Counted from the stretch's first letter, positions 9,325 through 17,406 are shown. The stretch: 32,000 nt of DNA from Phycisphaera mikurensis NBRC 102666 (GCF_000284115.1 NC_017080.1:3390001-3422000); one strand, 5' to 3'. Made by a program: numbers and translations. The notes: generated by a model from the sequence alone, not told the origin.

Positions 9325-10746
9325 TCAATCCGCCGTGGCGTCGAGGGCGTCGATCCGCTGCACGACGACCAGCGGGGTGCCCAGCGTGGGGTCGATCTCG
9401 CGGTTGCCGCGGACGCCGACGACGCGGCCGAGCAGCGGCGTGGCGTCGAGGCCGCGGGCGAGGCGGAGGTAGGCGATCGTCCGCTCGCTCGCGGGATCGA
9501 CGACGCGGTACATCTTGGGGAGGGCGACGCCGCCCTCCTCGCCGGCGAAGACGCTGGAGGTGCGGAGGATGCCCAGCGCCGCGTAGGGCTCGTCCGGCTC
9601 GGGCTCCACGACCGTGGGCTCGACGACCGCGAGACCCTCCTTGCGCTGCTGGATCTGCTCGACGGCGGCCATCAGCTGGCGGTTCCGCTCGATGGCGCGG
9701 AGGCGGCTCTCCACCAGGCGGATCTCGAAGGGGCGGAGCCCGCCGCTGCCGAGCAGCGAGGCGTACGCCTCCTCCATCTCGGCGAGCGGCTGCTGCTCCA
9801 GGGGGAGCGTGAAACGCTCCAGCTGGGCCTCCTCCACCGCGGCCACCGCCTCGGAAGGCGTCGCCGCGGAGCCGGCCGCCGGCCCGGCGGCGCCGGAGGG
9901 TCCGGGCGTAACCGGGTCGCCGGAGGCGGCCTCGCCGTCGCCGAGGACCAGCGGCGGGAGCGTCACCGGCGCCGCGGCCTCCGCGTTCGCCGCGGCGAGC
10001 GTCGCCCTCGCGGCGGCGTCGGCTTCGAGGCCCTCCCGGAGCGCGGCGACGTCGGCGGCCTCGGGCGCGGGCGCCGGGGCCTCCGCGCCCGCGTCGCCCA
10101 GCGGGACCATCTCCCCGGTGGGATCCTCGGCGACGACCGGCGCGGGCGCGGGCATCGGCGCGGGGGCGGGCGTCGAGGCCAGCTGCGCCAGCGGCTTCAC
10201 CGTGCCCGGCGGCAGGAAGACCAGCGACCCGGCGGGGGCGAGGATCTCGTAGGCCGCGTCGCCGGCCGCCGCCACGATCTGCACGCGCTCGCCGTACGCC
10301 AGCGTCTTGATCGTGCGGAAGCTCTCGTCCCAGCCGCGGTCGATGCCCTTGATCGTGACCCGCGCCGCCTCGGCGTTGGAGACCCCGACGCTGCCGTCGC
10401 CGCGCCGGTCGAGGTCGCGCCGCGACACGAAGGCGTGCAGGCCCTCGGGGGCCTCGATGCGGTGCCAGTTGTAGAAGTCCTCCACGACGGTCACCCGGTC
10501 GCCCTCCTCGAGCACGGCGACGGGGTAGTAGGACTCGCCGGCCCCGCTGCGGACCTCCACCCGGTCCACGGAGATGACGCCCGCGAAGGGCGGATCGGGC
10601 AGGTTCGCCTCGGCGGGCTGCGCGACGACGGCCGGCGCGGGAGCTCCGGCCACGGCCGCGAGCGCGACCCCGGCGGCGAGCACGAGGCGGGCGGACGCCG
10701 GGCGGAGCGGACGGAACGAGCGTGGCGAGGGGCGGGTGGGCTTCAT
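9325..10746 (-). CDS. secreted SH3b-domain protein with Ala/Pro-rich linker and coiled coil
   Basis: Signal peptide MKPTRPSPRSFRPLRPASARLVLAAGVALAAVAGAPAPA. Two bacterial SH3-like repeats follow (VEVRSGAGESYYPVAVLEEGDRVTVVEDFYNWHRI; ...YGERVQIVAAAGDAAYEIL). After those come a long AP-rich low-complexity region, a heptad segment (RLVESRLRAIERNRQLMAAVEQIQQRKE) and a conserved-looking C-terminal domain. Confidence 0.8.
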   Translation of the reverse strand: MKPTRPSPRSFRPLRPASARLVLAAGVALAAVAGAPAPAVVAQPAEANLPDPPFAGVISVDRVEVRSGAGESYYPVAVLEEGDRVTVVEDFYNWHRIEAPEGLHAFVSRRDLDRRGDGSVGVSNAEAARVTIKGIDRGWDESFRTIKTLAYGERVQIVAAAGDAAYEILAPAGSLVFLPPGTVKPLAQLASTPAPAPMPAPAPVVAEDPTGEMVPLGDAGAEAPAPAPEAADVAALREGLEADAAARATLAAANAEAAAPVTLPPLVLGDGEAASGDPVTPGPSGAAGPAAGSAATPSEAVAAVEEAQLERFTLPLEQQPLAEMEEAYASLLGSGGLRPFEIRLVESRLRAIERNRQLMAAVEQIQQRKEGLAVVEPTVVEPEPDEPYAALGILRTSSVFAGEEGGVALPKMYRVVDPASERTIAYLRLARGLDATPLLGRVVGVRGNREIDPTLGTPLVVVQRIDALDATAD

Positions 10747-10757
10747 GGGAACGGTCC

Positions 10758-10774
10758 GGGCGGGGCGGGGCGGG
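10758..10774 (+). other. G-quadruplex-type motif GGGCGGGGCGGGGCGGG
   Basis: Four G3-4 tracts with 1-nt loops lie in the 103-nt divergent spacer, 12 nt from the SH3b gene ATG and 76 nt upstream of the peptidase ATG. Confidence 0.5.
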
Positions 10775-10849
10775 AACCACGCCGCCGGGCGGGCGGCTCC
10801 CGGGGCCAATTTAGGGGAAGGCCGCCGGGGCGCCGCCGTAGCGTCGGGC

Positions 10850-12451
10850 ATGGCCGCCCCCGCCCCGATCCGCCGCCGTCGCTTCCCGCGGACCGCGGCC
10901 GCCCTGGCCGTGCTCGGGGCGTGGTCCGCGGGTGCGGGGGCACAGCCGGTCCCCGCGGTGCGGGCCGAGCGGACGCCTCCGGCGGCGTCCACGCCGACGC
11001 CGACGCCCGGAGCGGGGGGCGCGGCCGCGGTGCAGCGCCGACCGGCCCCGGCGCCGCGCCCGCTCGCCGAGACGATCGGGCTGGCCGCCGCCTCGGCCCG
11101 GCTCGGCGAGGGCATGCCCGACGGCAGCGCCGCCGGCGGCGTGATCCTCGGGCTCGTCGAGGGCGGCGGCGCGGCCTACGGGCCGGACCCCGACTCCTCG
11201 GACTTCGCGAACCTGGAGGTCGAGCTCGCCGGAGGGCCCTCCGGCGTCTCGGGCCACGCGGCGAAGACCGCCTCCATCCTCGCCGGCCGCCGCGGCGTGG
11301 TCGCCTCGGCTGCGAAGCTCTGGGCGGCCGACGTCGCCACCTGGCTCGGCCCGGCGTACCTGAACCTGGGCACGGGCGATCCGCCCGCGACCGGCCCAGC
11401 CGTGCCCGACGTGTTCTCGCACTCCTGGGTCGCCTTCGACGCGGCCGGCGCGGTGGAGATCCTCCGCCGCCTCGACTACGCGATCGACCGCGACGACGCC
11501 CTCCACGCCGTCGGCGTCAACAACGGCGCCGCCACGCCGATGCCGCCCACCCTCGCCGGGGCCTACAACGCGATCGCGGTGGGCGTCGACACCGGCGCGT
11601 CGTCGGGCGGGGGCACGGCGGTGGAGGTCGAGGGCCGCGCCAAGCCGGATCTGGTCGCGCCCGGCGGCCTCACCTCCTGGGCGACGCCCGCGGTCGCCGG
11701 CGTCGCCGCGCTCGCCCGCGACTTCCTGCTCGCGCGGGACGGCGCCGCCCCGCCGGCCGAGGTCGTGAAGGCGGCGCTGATGGCCGGCGCCGCGAAGCCG
11801 CCGGGCTGGAGCCACGACCCCGCCGCCGGCAAGCCGCTCGACGATCACCTGGGCGCCGGCCGCGTGGACGCCGACGCGGCGCTCCGCGTGCTGCAGGGCG
11901 GGCCGCTGCCGCCCGGCGCGCCGATCCGCAGCGTCGCGGGCTACGGCTTCGCCGAGCTCGGCGCGGCCGCGGGCGCCGAGCTGGCCTGGACGCTGGACCT
12001 GCCCGTCGACGCCGGCCCGCTGTCGGTGGTCGCGGTGTGGCACCGGCGGATCGCCGCCCGCACGATCCGCGGCCGCGTCGGCGGCGGCGGGCCGGTCGTG
12101 GAGCGCTGGGCGACCGCCCCGCGGCTGGCCGACCTCGACCTCGTGCTCGAGCGGGAGGTCGGCGGCGGGGCCTCGGAGGTGCAAGCCAGCCGCAGCCGGG
12201 TCGACAACGTCGAGCACGTCCTGCTGCCGTCGACGCCCCGGGCGGCGTACCGGCTGCGGGTGACGCGGCGGGCGGCCGGCGAGCCGTGGGACGTCGCCGT
12301 GGCGTGGCGGCTGCGGCCCGCGGGCGACGCGGCGGTGGAGCCGGAGCCGGAGCCCGAGGCCGAGCCCGAGCCGGAGCCCGGGGCCGCGTCCGAGTTCAAA
12401 TCCGAGCCCGCGGCGGCGGCGGCGGGATCCGCTTCTACCGTTCGTCCGTGA
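10850..12451 (+). CDS. subtilase (S8)-like secreted protein with atypical Asp-motif
   Basis: His block SGHAAKTASILAG, Asn block AVGVNNG and Ser block GGLTSWATPAVAGVAAL are in subtilase order. The expected Asp block reads VILGLVEGGG. The N-terminus MAAPAPIRRRRFPRTAAALAVLGAWSAGAGA is Tat-signal-like. Confidence 0.8.
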   Translation: MAAPAPIRRRRFPRTAAALAVLGAWSAGAGAQPVPAVRAERTPPAASTPTPTPGAGGAAAVQRRPAPAPRPLAETIGLAAASARLGEGMPDGSAAGGVILGLVEGGGAAYGPDPDSSDFANLEVELAGGPSGVSGHAAKTASILAGRRGVVASAAKLWAADVATWLGPAYLNLGTGDPPATGPAVPDVFSHSWVAFDAAGAVEILRRLDYAIDRDDALHAVGVNNGAATPMPPTLAGAYNAIAVGVDTGASSGGGTAVEVEGRAKPDLVAPGGLTSWATPAVAGVAALARDFLLARDGAAPPAEVVKAALMAGAAKPPGWSHDPAAGKPLDDHLGAGRVDADAALRVLQGGPLPPGAPIRSVAGYGFAELGAAAGAELAWTLDLPVDAGPLSVVAVWHRRIAARTIRGRVGGGGPVVERWATAPRLADLDLVLEREVGGGASEVQASRSRVDNVEHVLLPSTPRAAYRLRVTRRAAGEPWDVAVAWRLRPAGDAAVEPEPEPEAEPEPEPGAASEFKSEPAAAAAGSASTVRP

Positions 12452-13095
12452 AGCTCCTCCGCCCGCTCGCCGCCGCCGCCGCCATCGCCCTGGTCCCGCT
12501 CGTCGCCGGCTCCGGCTGCACGACGCGGTACAGCACCCCGAGCCGTGCACTCGGGACGCCCGTCAGCGTGATCCCCGACTGGGACGCCGCCGACCGGGTG
12601 CTCGGTGCCCGCGTGAGCGCCGGCGGCTACGCGATCCAGCGGGTCCGGCTGATCGACGCGGAGGGCCGCGCCCTCGCCCCCGACGCCGCGGTCCGCGAGG
12701 GGCCCGAGCTGGTGGGGGGCGTGCGGGTCGGCGGCGGCATCGGCTCGGGCCTGGGCAGCGGCTACGCCAGCGACGGCTTCGGCGTCCGCACCGGGGTGGG
12801 CGTGGGGCGCACCCTCGGCGGCCGCGTCGTGCCCGGCGACTTCGTCGCCCGCTTCCTCGACCCGCCGCTGGGCCGCCAGCCCTGGACCCTGCGGGTCACC
12901 ACCGCCGGCGACCCCGCCGTCACCACCGACGTGCTGCTCGCGGAGCCGAAGAACCGCGACGCCGCGGGGGGCTCCGACCGCTCGGCGCCGTTGGAGCTGA
13001 AGCTCGTTACCGGAGAGACCCGCTTCTTCACCGCGAGAGCCGGCGCGGGCGGCGCGCGGACCTACGAACCCGCGCCGGAGCCCGCGGATCGCTGA
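12448..13095 (+). CDS. hypothetical Gly-rich lipoprotein
   Basis: GTG 12448 overlaps the peptidase TGA (GTGA). The signal and lipobox read LVPLVAGSGC, followed by a Gly-rich tract GGVRVGGGIGSGLGSGYASDGFGVRTGVGVG. Codon position 3 is strongly G/C. Confidence 0.65.
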   Translation: MKLLRPLAAAAAIALVPLVAGSGCTTRYSTPSRALGTPVSVIPDWDAADRVLGARVSAGGYAIQRVRLIDAEGRALAPDAAVREGPELVGGVRVGGGIGSGLGSGYASDGFGVRTGVGVGRTLGGRVVPGDFVARFLDPPLGRQPWTLRVTTAGDPAVTTDVLLAEPKNRDAAGGSDRSAPLELKLVTGETRFFTARAGAGGARTYEPAPEPADR

Positions 13096-13153
13096 GGACG
13101 GCGACTCGAATCCGCCGCGGTCCGCGGGCTCGGCGCCCGGCCCGCACCGCCGG

Positions 13154-13945
13154 CTGCTCGCCGTCGACCTCGACGGCACGCTGCTGCAGCGGGACGGCCG
13201 CGTGCGGCCCGACGACCTCGCCGCGCTCCGCCGGGCCGCCGCGTCCGGCGTCGCGGTGGTCGTCGCGACCGCCCGGCCGCCGCGGGCCGTGCCGCCGGAG
13301 CTTCGCGTCTTCGGCCCGCCGGTGGTCCACTACAACGGCGCGCTGATCCTCGGCCCCGGCGGCATGGCCCAGCCGCCGCTGCTGCACCGCCCGATCGGTG
13401 CCGGCACCGCCGCCGAGGTCGCCCGCCTCGCCCGCCGCCTCGCGCCGGGCTGCTCGCTCGATGCCGAGGTGCTCGACGCCTGGCACACCGACCGGGTGAA
13501 CGCGGCGCTCACGACCGCGACCTCGGCGGTGAGCACCCCCGACCGGGTCGCCCCGCTCGCGGAGCTGTTCGACCGGCCGATCACCAAGCTCATGGTCCTC
13601 GACGAGCCCGCCTCGGTCGACCGGCTGATCGCCGCCCTCCGCGGCGCGGCCTCCCTCACCGGCCGCGCCCGCGTCGTCGTGAGCGACGCCCACCTCCTGC
13701 AGGTGGTGCACCCCCGGGTCGACAAGGCGGCCGCCGTCGCCTGGGTCGCCGGACGCCTCGGCCTGGGTCCCGCCGACATCGACGCCGTCGGCGACGCCCC
13801 CAACGACGCCGACATGCTCCGCGGGGCCGCCCGGTCGGTCTGCGTCGGCGACGGCTGGGAAGAGGCCCGAGCCGCCGCCGACGAGGTGGGCCCGCCCCTC
13901 GCAGAGGGCCCGGTGGGGTGGGCCGTCCGGCGCTGGTACGGGTGA
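13154..13945 (+). CDS. Cof-type HAD-superfamily phosphatase (start codon unresolved)
   Basis: Motif I LLAVDLDGTLL (Asp at 13166), motif II VVVATAR, and C-terminal GDAPNDADML (motif IV) are present. No ATG/GTG/TTG exists in frame between the stop at 12998 and 13202. The 5' end given here is the CTG at 13154 and is provisional. Confidence 0.75.
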   Translation: MLAVDLDGTLLQRDGRVRPDDLAALRRAAASGVAVVVATARPPRAVPPELRVFGPPVVHYNGALILGPGGMAQPPLLHRPIGAGTAAEVARLARRLAPGCSLDAEVLDAWHTDRVNAALTTATSAVSTPDRVAPLAELFDRPITKLMVLDEPASVDRLIAALRGAASLTGRARVVVSDAHLLQVVHPRVDKAAAVAWVAGRLGLGPADIDAVGDAPNDADMLRGAARSVCVGDGWEEARAAADEVGPPLAEGPVGWAVRRWYG

Positions 13946-14099
13946 GCGGGCCGCGTCCTCCTCCGTCGGCGCCCGCGAGATCCGCGGACCGCCGCCGCGA
14001 GACGCCCGCGGAGGCCACGGTCCGCGGCCCCATCCAAATCTGCTCCCCCGCTCCCCCGCTCCCGCCACTCCCGCCGCCGTCATCCGGCACACTGCCGGG

Positions 14100-15167
14100 A
14101 TGGACACCCTCCGCTGCGCCATCGTCGGCCCCACCGGCTTCACCGGGCTCCACGTCGCGCGGCTGATCGCCGGCCACCCGCGGGCCCGGCTGACCTACCT
14201 CGCCTCGCACCGCGACGACCTGCCCGACCTCACCGAGGAGTTCCCGCGGCTCACCGGGCTCATCGATCCGGACGTGGCGCAGTGCCGCCCGGTCGACCCC
14301 GGCCGCATCGCCGATGCCGCCGACGTCGTCTTCCTGGGCCTGCCGCACAGAGCGGCGATGGCCTACGCGCCGGCCCTGCTCGATGCCGGCCTGCGCGTCG
14401 TCGACCTCTCCGCCGACTACCGGCTCGGCGACGCGGCGCTCTACGAGAAGACCTACGCGACCCCGCACACCGACCCCTTGAACCTCGGCCACGCGGTGTA
14501 CGGCCTGCCCGAGCTGTTCCGCGGCGACCTGCCCGGGGCCCGCCTCGTGGCCACGCCCGGCTGCTACCCCACGGCCGCCACGCTCGCGCTGGCCCCGCTG
14601 CTCTCGCACGCGGTGATCCGCCCCGGCCGCGTCCTGCTCCACGGCGCCACCGGCGTCTCGGGCGCCGGCCGCAAGGCCAGCGACGCCACCGCCTTCACGC
14701 AGGTCGCCGGCGCCTACGGCCCCTACGGCGTGCCCGGCGGCCACCGCCACCAGCCCGAGATGGCGAGGGTGCTCTCCCGCGTGAGCGGCCGGCCGGCGTC
14801 GGAGGTGACGCCGCTGTTCGTCGCGAACCTGCTGCCCACCGCCGACGGCATCGGCATGACCGCCTTCGCCGATCCGGTGGACGACGAGGTGACGCAGGAC
14901 GACCTCATCGACGTGCTCCGCGACGCGTACGACGCCGAGCCCTTCGTGCGCGTGCGGGGGGCCGACGCGGCGATGCCCAACGTCCGCGAGGTGGTCGGCA
15001 CCAACTTCGTCGACCTCACCGCCCGCCTCGTCCGCGCCGGCGACGACGGCCCGGCGGCGGTGTGGGTCTTCGCCGCCATCGACAACCTCGTCAAGGGGGC
15101 GAGCGGCCAAGCGGTCCAGAACATGAACGCCGTCTTCGGGATGGAGGAGACGCTTGGGCTGCTCTGA
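14100..15167 (+). CDS. argC: N-acetyl-gamma-glutamyl-phosphate reductase
   Basis: AIVGPTGFTG NAD-binding start, active-site PGCYPTA, and the C-terminal IDNLVKGASGQAVQNMN block characteristic of ArgC. Confidence 0.95.
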   Translation: MDTLRCAIVGPTGFTGLHVARLIAGHPRARLTYLASHRDDLPDLTEEFPRLTGLIDPDVAQCRPVDPGRIADAADVVFLGLPHRAAMAYAPALLDAGLRVVDLSADYRLGDAALYEKTYATPHTDPLNLGHAVYGLPELFRGDLPGARLVATPGCYPTAATLALAPLLSHAVIRPGRVLLHGATGVSGAGRKASDATAFTQVAGAYGPYGVPGGHRHQPEMARVLSRVSGRPASEVTPLFVANLLPTADGIGMTAFADPVDDEVTQDDLIDVLRDAYDAEPFVRVRGADAAMPNVREVVGTNFVDLTARLVRAGDDGPAAVWVFAAIDNLVKGASGQAVQNMNAVFGMEETLGLL

Positions 15168-15343
15168 CGCACCGTGGGTCCTTTGCTGACGGCTCCTGCG
15201 TGCGAATCGATCAGGAAAGGAGACGCGGCGCTTCCACGCTGGATCAAGCGGCGGTGCCCGGATTGCAGAAGCGCAGGAGGTGTCCGGTACCTTCAGCCCA
15301 GCGCCGAGGGAACCCGCCACCCCCGGCCGGATCGGGACCCGAC

Positions 15344-16321
15344 ATGGAAGACGAGCAGACGCCAGCCCCACCCGCCACGCCCCCCGCCGCTGCGCCGCCG
15401 ATCCCCGCGCGGAGAGAGCCGGAGGCGCCCCGCGGCCCGCTGGGCGTGCTGTGGCACGAGTGGGTGAAGCCGCTGGGCACCGTGCTGCTCGTCGTGATGG
15501 CGGTGCGGTCGACGATCTTCGACTGGAACGACGTGCCCTCGGGTTCGATGCGGCCGACGATCCTCGAGGGCGACCGCATCGTGGTGAACAAGCTCGCGTA
15601 CGGCCTGAACGCGCCCTTCAACGGCCCCAACCTCGACGTGCCCTTCATCGGCGTCAGCTTCGCCAACCCGCTGGACTTCCTGCCGGGCTGGAGCTGGGCC
15701 GCACCGAAGCGCGGCGACACCGTGACCTTCTGGAACCCGACCCCGCGGGAGCTCGGCCCGCGCGGCGGCCCGCTGCGACCCGGGGAGACGCCCGCGGAGA
15801 ACCCCTCCTCGGGCATCCGCATGGTCAAGCGCATCGTGGCGCTGCCCGGCGAGACGGTGGAGGTGATCGGCGGGCGGTTGAAGATCACCGCCGCCGACGG
15901 CACGCCGGTCCCGGTCGTCTACGCCCCCAACCCCGACCCCGACGTCCGCTTCGAGGACCGCGGCGGCGTGCCGGTGGAGGTGCAGCCCTTCCTGGAGAAC
16001 CTCGACGGCCGGGTGCACGCGATCCACTTCCTTCCCGGCCGCGGCAACTACCGCGACAGCCCGCCCTACACGCTGGCCGACCGCGACGGCCTCGCCGACG
16101 ACGAGTACTACATGGTCGGCGACAACCGCGACAACAGCCGCGACGGCCGGTACTACCAGGAGGTGGGCCACCCCGTCCGCGGCCGCGACATCACCGGCAA
16201 GGCCCTCTTCGTCGCGGTCAGCTTCGACGGCTCCCTCGTGCGGCCGGTGTGGAGCCGGTTCCTCAAGGGCCTCGGCGGCGCCGAAGCCGAGCCGGGCGCG
16301 ACGCCCACGGGGGATCCGTGA
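15344..16321 (+). CDS. lepB: signal peptidase I
   Basis: SGSMRPT (catalytic Ser box), VKRIVALPGE (Lys box) and YYMVGDNRDNSRDGR (box E) are present. A Pro/Ala-rich N-terminal tail precedes the TM segment. Confidence 0.92.
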   Translation: MEDEQTPAPPATPPAAAPPIPARREPEAPRGPLGVLWHEWVKPLGTVLLVVMAVRSTIFDWNDVPSGSMRPTILEGDRIVVNKLAYGLNAPFNGPNLDVPFIGVSFANPLDFLPGWSWAAPKRGDTVTFWNPTPRELGPRGGPLRPGETPAENPSSGIRMVKRIVALPGETVEVIGGRLKITAADGTPVPVVYAPNPDPDVRFEDRGGVPVEVQPFLENLDGRVHAIHFLPGRGNYRDSPPYTLADRDGLADDEYYMVGDNRDNSRDGRYYQEVGHPVRGRDITGKALFVAVSFDGSLVRPVWSRFLKGLGGAEAEPGATPTGDP

Positions 16322-16899
16322 GCGATGGCGCTGCGGTGGAGGTCGCGCTCAAGGAGTGGGCGATCGTCTGCGACCTGCTCGCCGCCGGGAGGATGAGCTT
16401 CCTCCTGCGCAAGGGCGGCGTGCACGAGGACCACGGCCCCGGCCGCTTCCGGCTCGAAGAGGAGCGCTTCGCGCTCTTCCCCGCCTGGGAGCACGAGAAG
16501 CTCGCCTGGATCAAGCCGGATTGGCTCGGTGGGATGCGGAGCGAGCCCGTCGAGGAGCAGCCCGAAACGCTGGCGATCCGGGCGGTCGCCGGGGTCGCCC
16601 GGGCCTGGGTGGTGCCGTCGCGCGAGGCCTTCGACCGCCTCGAGGGCCTGCACCCCTGGGCGGAGCCGCAGGTCGACCTGCGCTTCGGCTACAAGCCCGA
16701 GCGGCCGCTCTACGCCGTCGCGCTGCGGGTGACGCGCCTGGCCGAGCCCCGGGTGATCGCGAACCGGCCGGCGTACGCCGGCTGCCGCAGCTGGGTCCCG
16801 CTGGGGGGCGAGGCCGCGGTCGACCCGATCGGCGACCCGGCGGTGGAGCCGGCGGAGCTGGAACGCCGGCTGGCCGCGATCGACGCGGCGCTGGGCTGA
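16318..16899 (+). CDS. DUF1802-family protein
   Basis: ALKEWAIVCDLLAAGRMSFLLRKGGVHE...FALFPAWEHE matches my memory of the DUF1802 N-terminal block. GTG 16318 overlaps the lepB TGA (GTGA). Confidence 0.75.
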   Translation: MSDGAAVEVALKEWAIVCDLLAAGRMSFLLRKGGVHEDHGPGRFRLEEERFALFPAWEHEKLAWIKPDWLGGMRSEPVEEQPETLAIRAVAGVARAWVVPSREAFDRLEGLHPWAEPQVDLRFGYKPERPLYAVALRVTRLAEPRVIANRPAYAGCRSWVPLGGEAAVDPIGDPAVEPAELERRLAAIDAALG

Positions 16900-16950
16900 T
16901 TCCTCGGCCGCGAGGCGACGCGCGGGTGCCGGATCCCCCGGGGCGGCGCA

Positions 16951-17406
16951 TCAGGGAGCGACGCGGCCGATGGCTTCCGCCCCGATCACGTTCTCGGTCC
17001 GGCCGGCGGCCCGGTCCGCGAGCGCGTGCGCCGCGTGCGCGTGCAGGCACTTCACCGCGGTGTGGCAGGCCGCACCGCCCACGCCCCGGTCGCGCAAGGC
17101 CGCGGCGAACCCCAGCCGCTCGGCCTCGGCCCGCCCGCCCTCGCCCAGCAGCGACCACCGCTCCGCCGCGTAACGCGCGTGGTCGCCGCGGACGGCGTCC
17201 CGGAACGCTTGGTCGCTTTGGACCCTCGCCACCAGCTCCGCGATCGTCCCGCGGCGCTCCAGGTCCGACAGCGCGTGGATCAACGCCGGGTCCCGGAGCC
17301 AGTACAGCGTCGGGAACGGCCGCGGGCCGTGGGCCGTTTGCTTCAAGGGGCAAACCCGCTCGAAAGCGCCGCTCACGCTCGACCCCCGGGCGTGGCCCGC
17401 GGGCAT
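16951..17406 (-). CDS. DUF501-like protein
   Basis: CPLK...PFPTLYWLRDPALIHALSDLERRG resembles the DUF501 core (PFPT.[FY]WLT.P.L...S.LE..G). The start is taken as ATG 17406. The upstream part of ORF 16951..18204 is an alternative frame of the next gene. Confidence 0.7.
   Translation of the reverse strand: MPAGHARGSSVSGAFERVCPLKQTAHGPRPFPTLYWLRDPALIHALSDLERRGTIAELVARVQSDQAFRDAVRGDHARYAAERWSLLGEGGRAEAERLGFAAALRDRGVGGAACHTAVKCLHAHAAHALADRAAGRTENVIGAEAIGRVAP

Noticed and set aside
9148-13095. 1315-aa ORF on the plus strand, the longest in the track
   Set aside because: Its first roughly 1100 residues are Arg/Gly/Ala/Pro low-complexity sequence. That stretch runs antisense to the SH3b gene and out of frame with the subtilase gene. 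Only the last 215 codons (from GTG 12448) look like a real lipoprotein. This is a typical GC-rich stop-codon desert.
15252-15267. Sigma-54-like element CGGTGCCCGGATTGCA, 77 nt upstream of lepB, with GG and GC at the consensus -24/-12 spacing and a TTGCA match
   Set aside because: The -24 half (GGTGCC against TGGCAC) is poor. In this GC-rich DNA, GG-N10-GC is common by chance, and no enhancer-binding-protein gene lies nearby. It is worth a look only if a genome-wide RpoN motif model supports it.
15174-15467. 97-aa ORF in the argC-lepB spacer containing CPDC and preceded by GGAAAGGAG
   Set aside because: It has only one CxxC and is otherwise Arg/Pro-rich. It runs out of frame into lepB. The SD-like GGAAAGGAG lies inside the ORF, about 40 nt downstream of its start, and has no start codon at a functional distance after it.
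16902-16915. CCTCG-gccg-CGAGG hairpin between the convergent DUF1802 and DUF501 genes, as a bidirectional terminator
   Set aside because: It has only a 5-bp stem and no U tract on either strand, which is insufficient evidence.
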